From an uncultured Methanosarcinales archaeon (GTDB lineage: Archaea; Nanobdellota; Nanobdellia; Woesearchaeales; B29-G15), in the NCBI GenBank assembly GCA_964407035.1, contig CAYOTZ010000002.1:1-32991 (forward strand): a stretch of 32,991 bases of DNA. Reading direction: 5' to 3'. The notes beneath the pieces are model-generated. The model made no database searches. It was given only the letters and a program-made list of their open reading frames with translations, and was not told where the DNA came from. Positions 29,099-32,991 of the stretch are shown here, one piece after another (position 1 is the stretch's first letter; each line of letters begins with the position of its first letter). Position numbers and translations under genes: made by a program.

Positions 29099-30418
29099 TT
29101 ATTCATCACCCAGTTGTTTTCTAAGGTAATCTGAAATTAAAGAGAGATACTTGTTTATCAGCTCTTCGGTTTCAGCTTCTACCATTATCCTGAGCAAGGG
29201 CTGTGTGCCAGAATACCTGACAAATATTCTGCCCCTCTCTCCAAGCTCTTTTTCTATTCTTGTAACAAGCTGTTTATAGCCAGGCAAGCTCTCCAATGGT
29301 GGTTTTCTTTTTACCTTTCTGTTAATTATGCGCTGTGGATAGAGCTCAATGAAATCCAGCTCGCTCAACTGCTTGCCTGTCTCCTTCATAATTGAGAGTA
29401 TGGTTAATGCTGTTACAATACCGTTGCCTGTGGTTTCTATATCTGGTAGTATAATATGTCCCGACATCTCACCACCGAGAGAAAGCCCTTGTTCTGCTAC
29501 TTTCTTGGCTATCCATCTATCGCCCACATCTGTGAACACAACCTCTATGCCCTGTTTTTTCAAAGATTTAACAAGCCCGAGGTTTGAATATATAGAAACA
29601 GCTATTTTATTGTGCTTTAACTTGCCCTTTTGCTTTAGCCAGCTCGCTATAATTGCAATGATTGAGTCACCATTCACCAGCTTACCAGTTTCATCAACAA
29701 AAACAGCCCTGTCGCAGTCGCCATCAAACCCTATACCCAAGTCAGCGTGTTCACTCTTCACGCTTTCAATCAGGGCTGCAGGGTGCTCTGAACCGCAGTT
29801 TTCATTTATGTTTCTTCCGTTTGGTTTGTCGTTGATAACAGTCAAATTTGCATTGAACATCGAAAACACTTTGGGTGCAATATGGTAACCCGCACCGTTT
29901 GCAAGGTCTGCTACTACGCTTATGCCTTTTAGGTTGAGCTTAAAATGCTTTGTGATGTGGTTTAGGTATCTATTGTGCCAGTCTAGCTCTTTAATGCTGC
30001 CCTGTTGCCCGTTTTGCTGTAATAATTGTTTTAGTTTATTCTCAATTATCTGCTCGAACTCGGGCATTAGCTTAAACCCTTTGCTGTCGAATATCTTTAT
30101 TCCGTTATCGAACCATGGATTGTGTGAGGCAGATATTACCACTCCAAAAGAAGCTCCAGTAGATCTTACGAGATATGCTATGACAGGTGTTGGGGCTACC
30201 CCACAATCTCTTACAGTGAGACCTGACTCTGCCAAGCCAGAACCCAGCGCTTGCTTTAGCTGCTCTGTTGAGTTTCTCGTGTCACCACCTATTACCGCCT
30301 TGTTTGCTCTATTTTTGAGCACGAGTGGCAATGCTCTACCAATTTTTTTAAGGAAATCTGGAGTTAGTGGATACTGGAAAGCCCTACCTCGTATGCCGTC
30401 TGTTCCGAAGAGCTTCAT
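29099..30418 (-). CDS. glmM: Phosphoglucosamine mutase
   Basis: MKLFGTDGIRG, active-site SASHNPWFDNGIK, and metal site GFDGDCDR. Confidence 0.93.
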   Translation of the reverse strand: MKLFGTDGIRGRAFQYPLTPDFLKKIGRALPLVLKNRANKAVIGGDTRNSTEQLKQALGSGLAESGLTVRDCGVAPTPVIAYLVRSTGASFGVVISASHNPWFDNGIKIFDSKGFKLMPEFEQIIENKLKQLLQQNGQQGSIKELDWHNRYLNHITKHFKLNLKGISVVADLANGAGYHIAPKVFSMFNANLTVINDKPNGRNINENCGSEHPAALIESVKSEHADLGIGFDGDCDRAVFVDETGKLVNGDSIIAIIASWLKQKGKLKHNKIAVSIYSNLGLVKSLKKQGIEVVFTDVGDRWIAKKVAEQGLSLGGEMSGHIILPDIETTGNGIVTALTILSIMKETGKQLSELDFIELYPQRIINRKVKRKPPLESLPGYKQLVTRIEKELGERGRIFVRYSGTQPLLRIMVEAETEELINKYLSLISDYLRKQLGDE

Positions 30419-32151
30419 TTTACTGTAACGCTCTTTGCCAGGTTTCTTGGCTTGTCTATGGGTAGCCCTTTGTTCAGGGCAATGTAATAAGCTAACATCT
30501 GCCCGATTACATTTGAGCAGACAGCGTATTCCTCTTCGCGCAGCACTCTAGGTAGATAAAAGTCATTGCCTTGGTTATCTATTCTAAAGACACTTGCACC
30601 TCGCGCCTCAACCTCTTTCAGTGCAGATTCCATCCTATCGCGATTGGAATCATGTGCTAAGCCAATGACAGGCACGTCTTTCTCTATAAGCGCTATGGTG
30701 CCGTGCTTCAACTCGCCAGCCATCATGCCTTCAGCATGGACATAGCTTATCTCTTTTAGCTTGAGTGCTATCTCGCGGGATATGGGATAGCTGACTTTGT
30801 TACCCAGTACAAATATATCTCTGTGGTGCTGAAGTCGCTTTGCCAATCGTTTTATGCGTTGCTTGTTGTTTTTTAGAGTAAAAGAAACCTTGTCTGGAAT
30901 ACTGGTGAGCTTTAAGCTGTTACCGAGTAACCATGCCAGTTTGAACAACGCAATGAGCGTGTTAGTAAATGTCTTTGTTGCCGCCACACATATCTCCTGT
31001 CCCGCCTTTATCTCAAGGTAAGTGTCAGACATTCTGTGAATCGTTGAGCAAGGAATGTTTATGATAGCAACGAGCTTGCCAACCTTGTCTTTTATGTTCT
31101 TTAGCACTGTTATAACATCCATAGTCTCACCTGATTGAGATACAGCGAAAACAAGAGTGTCCTTATCTATCAATGAAAAATTCTCAAATTCAGATGCAAT
31201 AACTGCGTGAGCTTCATAACCAAGCCGCGTTAGAAGGTAAGTCCCAACCAGTGATGCATGGTAAGAAGTGCCACAGGCAAGAAACAACACTCGTTTTGAT
31301 GTTTTTATTAACTCTGCAATCTTGTTAACTCTTACAGCTTGATCATTTTCTAAAGAAGCAATAATCCGCTTTATTGCCGATGGTTGTTCCATTATTTCTT
31401 TTAACATAAAATGGCTGAACCTCTGCTTTTGAACAGTTTTTGTTTCCCACCTAATCTTCGTTGGCTGTTTGTTTAGCTCTTTGTTTAAATTAAAGAACTT
31501 GATGTTCTTCGGAGTTAGTTCTGCTATTTCGTAATCGTCCAGAAAAACAACCCTGTCTGTTAAGTGTGAGAATGCGTAGATATCAGAAGCAACAATGGCT
31601 TTATCACCAGCAACCCCTATACAAAGCGGTGAGTCTTTTTTGAACGCGTAAATCTTATTGCTGCCAAGAATTACAAACGCCACTGCGTAAGTACCTTCTG
31701 CCTTCTCCATAAAAGAGCGTATTGCTGCTACTGGGTTTTTCTTCTTTAGTTGGCAATTCAAGTAATTGGCAATAACCTCTGTATCTGTTTCTGTTTTAAA
31801 CTCGTAGCCATTTTGTTCTAGCTCCTGCTTAAGTTCAAGATGATTTTCTATAATTCCATTATGGACCAAGTAGAGCTTTTTCTCGTAATCAGTGTGTGGA
31901 TGAGCGTTTCTCACTGTTACTCCGCCGTGTGTTGCCCATCTTGTGTGAGCTATTGCGGTGCTAGCCCTTATGTTTCTCTTTATTTTGGAATAGAGATTTT
32001 CAATATCGCCTATTGCTTTCTTACATATTCCAGAGGAGGTTGCAAAACCAGAAGAGTCATAGCCACGATACTCCAATCTTTTTAGCGCTGGTATTAACAC
32101 CTTCTTTATTGAGAACTTTCCATCAGAGGTTATCCCTACTATGCCGCACAA
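30415..32151 (-). CDS. glmS: Glutamine--fructose-6-phosphate aminotransferase (isomerising)
   Basis: CGIVG N-terminal nucleophile, SIS motifs (ACGTSYHA), and C-terminal PRNLAKSVTVK. Start reassigned to TTG at 32149-32151, immediately before the Cys codon and preceded by GGGTGAT. The tracked start at 32172 would bury the catalytic Cys. Confidence 0.95.
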   Translation of the reverse strand: MCGIVGITSDGKFSIKKVLIPALKRLEYRGYDSSGFATSSGICKKAIGDIENLYSKIKRNIRASTAIAHTRWATHGGVTVRNAHPHTDYEKKLYLVHNGIIENHLELKQELEQNGYEFKTETDTEVIANYLNCQLKKKNPVAAIRSFMEKAEGTYAVAFVILGSNKIYAFKKDSPLCIGVAGDKAIVASDIYAFSHLTDRVVFLDDYEIAELTPKNIKFFNLNKELNKQPTKIRWETKTVQKQRFSHFMLKEIMEQPSAIKRIIASLENDQAVRVNKIAELIKTSKRVLFLACGTSYHASLVGTYLLTRLGYEAHAVIASEFENFSLIDKDTLVFAVSQSGETMDVITVLKNIKDKVGKLVAIINIPCSTIHRMSDTYLEIKAGQEICVAATKTFTNTLIALFKLAWLLGNSLKLTSIPDKVSFTLKNNKQRIKRLAKRLQHHRDIFVLGNKVSYPISREIALKLKEISYVHAEGMMAGELKHGTIALIEKDVPVIGLAHDSNRDRMESALKEVEARGASVFRIDNQGNDFYLPRVLREEEYAVCSNVIGQMLAYYIALNKGLPIDKPRNLAKSVTVK

Positions 32152-32195
32152 ATCAATCACCCTTTGCAACAAAGCTTAAACAGAAAAAAAAGGAG

Positions 32196-32207
32196 ATATT
32201 TAAATAT
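32196..32207. promoter_or_regulatory. 12-bp perfect palindrome ATATTTAAATAT in divergent glmS / DUF99 intergenic region
   Basis: Read directly and self-complementary. It could serve as a TATA element for the glmS operon (ATG-equivalent at 32151, SD-containing leader). Speculative. Confidence 0.25.
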
Positions 32208-32286
32208 TATTAAAAAATTTTGAATACCTATAAAAATTTTTTTTTAATACCTTTTTTAAGTAATTTCTGATAAACAGCTATACAGC

Positions 32287-32847
32287 ATGAAGCAGGAGAT
32301 TCGAGTTTTGGGTATTGACGATGCTCCTTTTGACAAGTTTAAGCATAAAACAGTTTTAGTTATAGGTGCGTTTTTCAGGGGTGGCAGAACACTGGAAGGC
32401 GTTCTTTCAACAAGGTGCAGGGTAGATGGTGTTGATGCAACAGAAAAGCTGATACAGATGGTGAAGAAGAGCAAGTTCTTTCCGCAGATACAGGCCATTT
32501 TTACAGGAGGATTGAACATAGCTGGCTTTAATATGATAGACATTCATGGGTTGAGTCAAGAAACAGGCAAGCCAGTGATAGCTATTGTGAGAAGAAAACC
32601 TAACTTAGAGCTAATAAAAAAAACGCTATTGAAGCTTGGCATGTCTGATAGAGTCAGGTTTATAGAGAAGGCGGGCAAGCCAGTTAGCTACAGACACCTC
32701 TATTTCCAAGCAGCTGGCGTAAGTGTGCAAGATGCTAAACAATTTATTGATGTTAGTGTGGCTAACTCTCATATTCCTGAAGCATTAAGGATAGCTCATA
32801 TTATTGGCGCAGGTGTTGTAAAAGGCGAGAGTAGGGGCAAAGCATAA
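32287..32847 (+). CDS. DUF99 (UPF0215) family protein, endonuclease V-like fold
   Basis: IRVLGIDDAPF...VIGAFFRGGRTLEGVLSTRCRVDGVDATEKL fits the DUF99 N-terminal pattern. Confidence 0.8.
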   Translation: MKQEIRVLGIDDAPFDKFKHKTVLVIGAFFRGGRTLEGVLSTRCRVDGVDATEKLIQMVKKSKFFPQIQAIFTGGLNIAGFNMIDIHGLSQETGKPVIAIVRRKPNLELIKKTLLKLGMSDRVRFIEKAGKPVSYRHLYFQAAGVSVQDAKQFIDVSVANSHIPEALRIAHIIGAGVVKGESRGKA

Positions 32848-32912
32848 AAAGTTCTATCAACGAAAATTTTATATAGCTTTATATTAACAATAAATAAAAA
32901 CGGTGTAAGTTC

Positions 32913-32991
32913 ATGGGATTCAGACATGTATTCATTTTGTTGCTGTTAGGTTTGTTTTTCATAGCTAATGTGCATGCTGACTATGTGTTCG
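32913..32991 (+). CDS. Secreted/membrane protein, 5' fragment (runs off window)
   Basis: ATG at 32913 preceded by GGTG (32902-32905) and TATA-like TTTTATATAG. Encodes MGFRHVFILLLLGLFFIANVHADYVF, a signal-peptide-like sequence. Only 26 codons are visible. Confidence 0.4.
   Translation, partial: MGFRHVFILLLLGLFFIANVHADYVF

Noticed and set aside
29349-30428. Plus-strand ORFs 29349..29888 and 29922..30428
   Set aside because: They are antisense to glmM, which has intact active-site motifs. The translations are Ser/Leu/Phe-rich and featureless.

Overview
Archaeal chromosomal segment. Diagnostic genes are a split RNA polymerase A'/A'', L30e, a KH-only NusA, uS12, ABCE1 and DUF99. The segment is very gene-dense, with many 1-20 nt gene overlaps and three convergent pairs that share their 3' ends. 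Lineage cannot be assigned from sequence alone; the compactness and short proteins would fit a small-genome uncultivated archaeon (inference). The housekeeping backbone is: rpoA1(partial)-rpoA2-rpl30e-nusA-rps12; a DAGK-type lipid kinase; ileS, cysS and valS; ABCE1; a PHP / MBL / DUF72 hydrolase cluster; a glmS-glmM-glmU-like UDP-GlcNAc operon; and DUF99. Hand counts on sampled 60-nt lines give roughly 40-60% G+C for the backbone. Two sharply AT-rich inserts (sampled lines about 13-35% G+C) interrupt it. (1) About 5823-7700 carries a two-TM surface protein and a PD-(D/E)xK nuclease gene broken by two -1 frame changes, both at the same AAAAAATA context. (2) About 11549-13830 carries a divergent Na/Pi cotransporter and an AbrB-PhoU regulator pair. 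Other points of interest: a GC-rich ORF-poor patch (11362-11548) that may be a structured RNA or a gene relic; a decayed tandem paralogue of an MBL-fold hydrolase with four in-frame stops and no frameshift; a tightly coupled four-gene operon (two paralogous membrane-anchored proteins, an RsmC-like methyltransferase and an untracked 59-aa zinc ribbon); small uncharacterised proteins with ART-like (DUF3990-like), Ada-Zn-like, CARF-like and SecB-like signatures; and a recurrent TATA-box-to-start-codon spacing of about 22 nt that implies leaderless first genes and helps refine starts. No CRISPR array, rRNA, convincing tRNA or transposase was seen.
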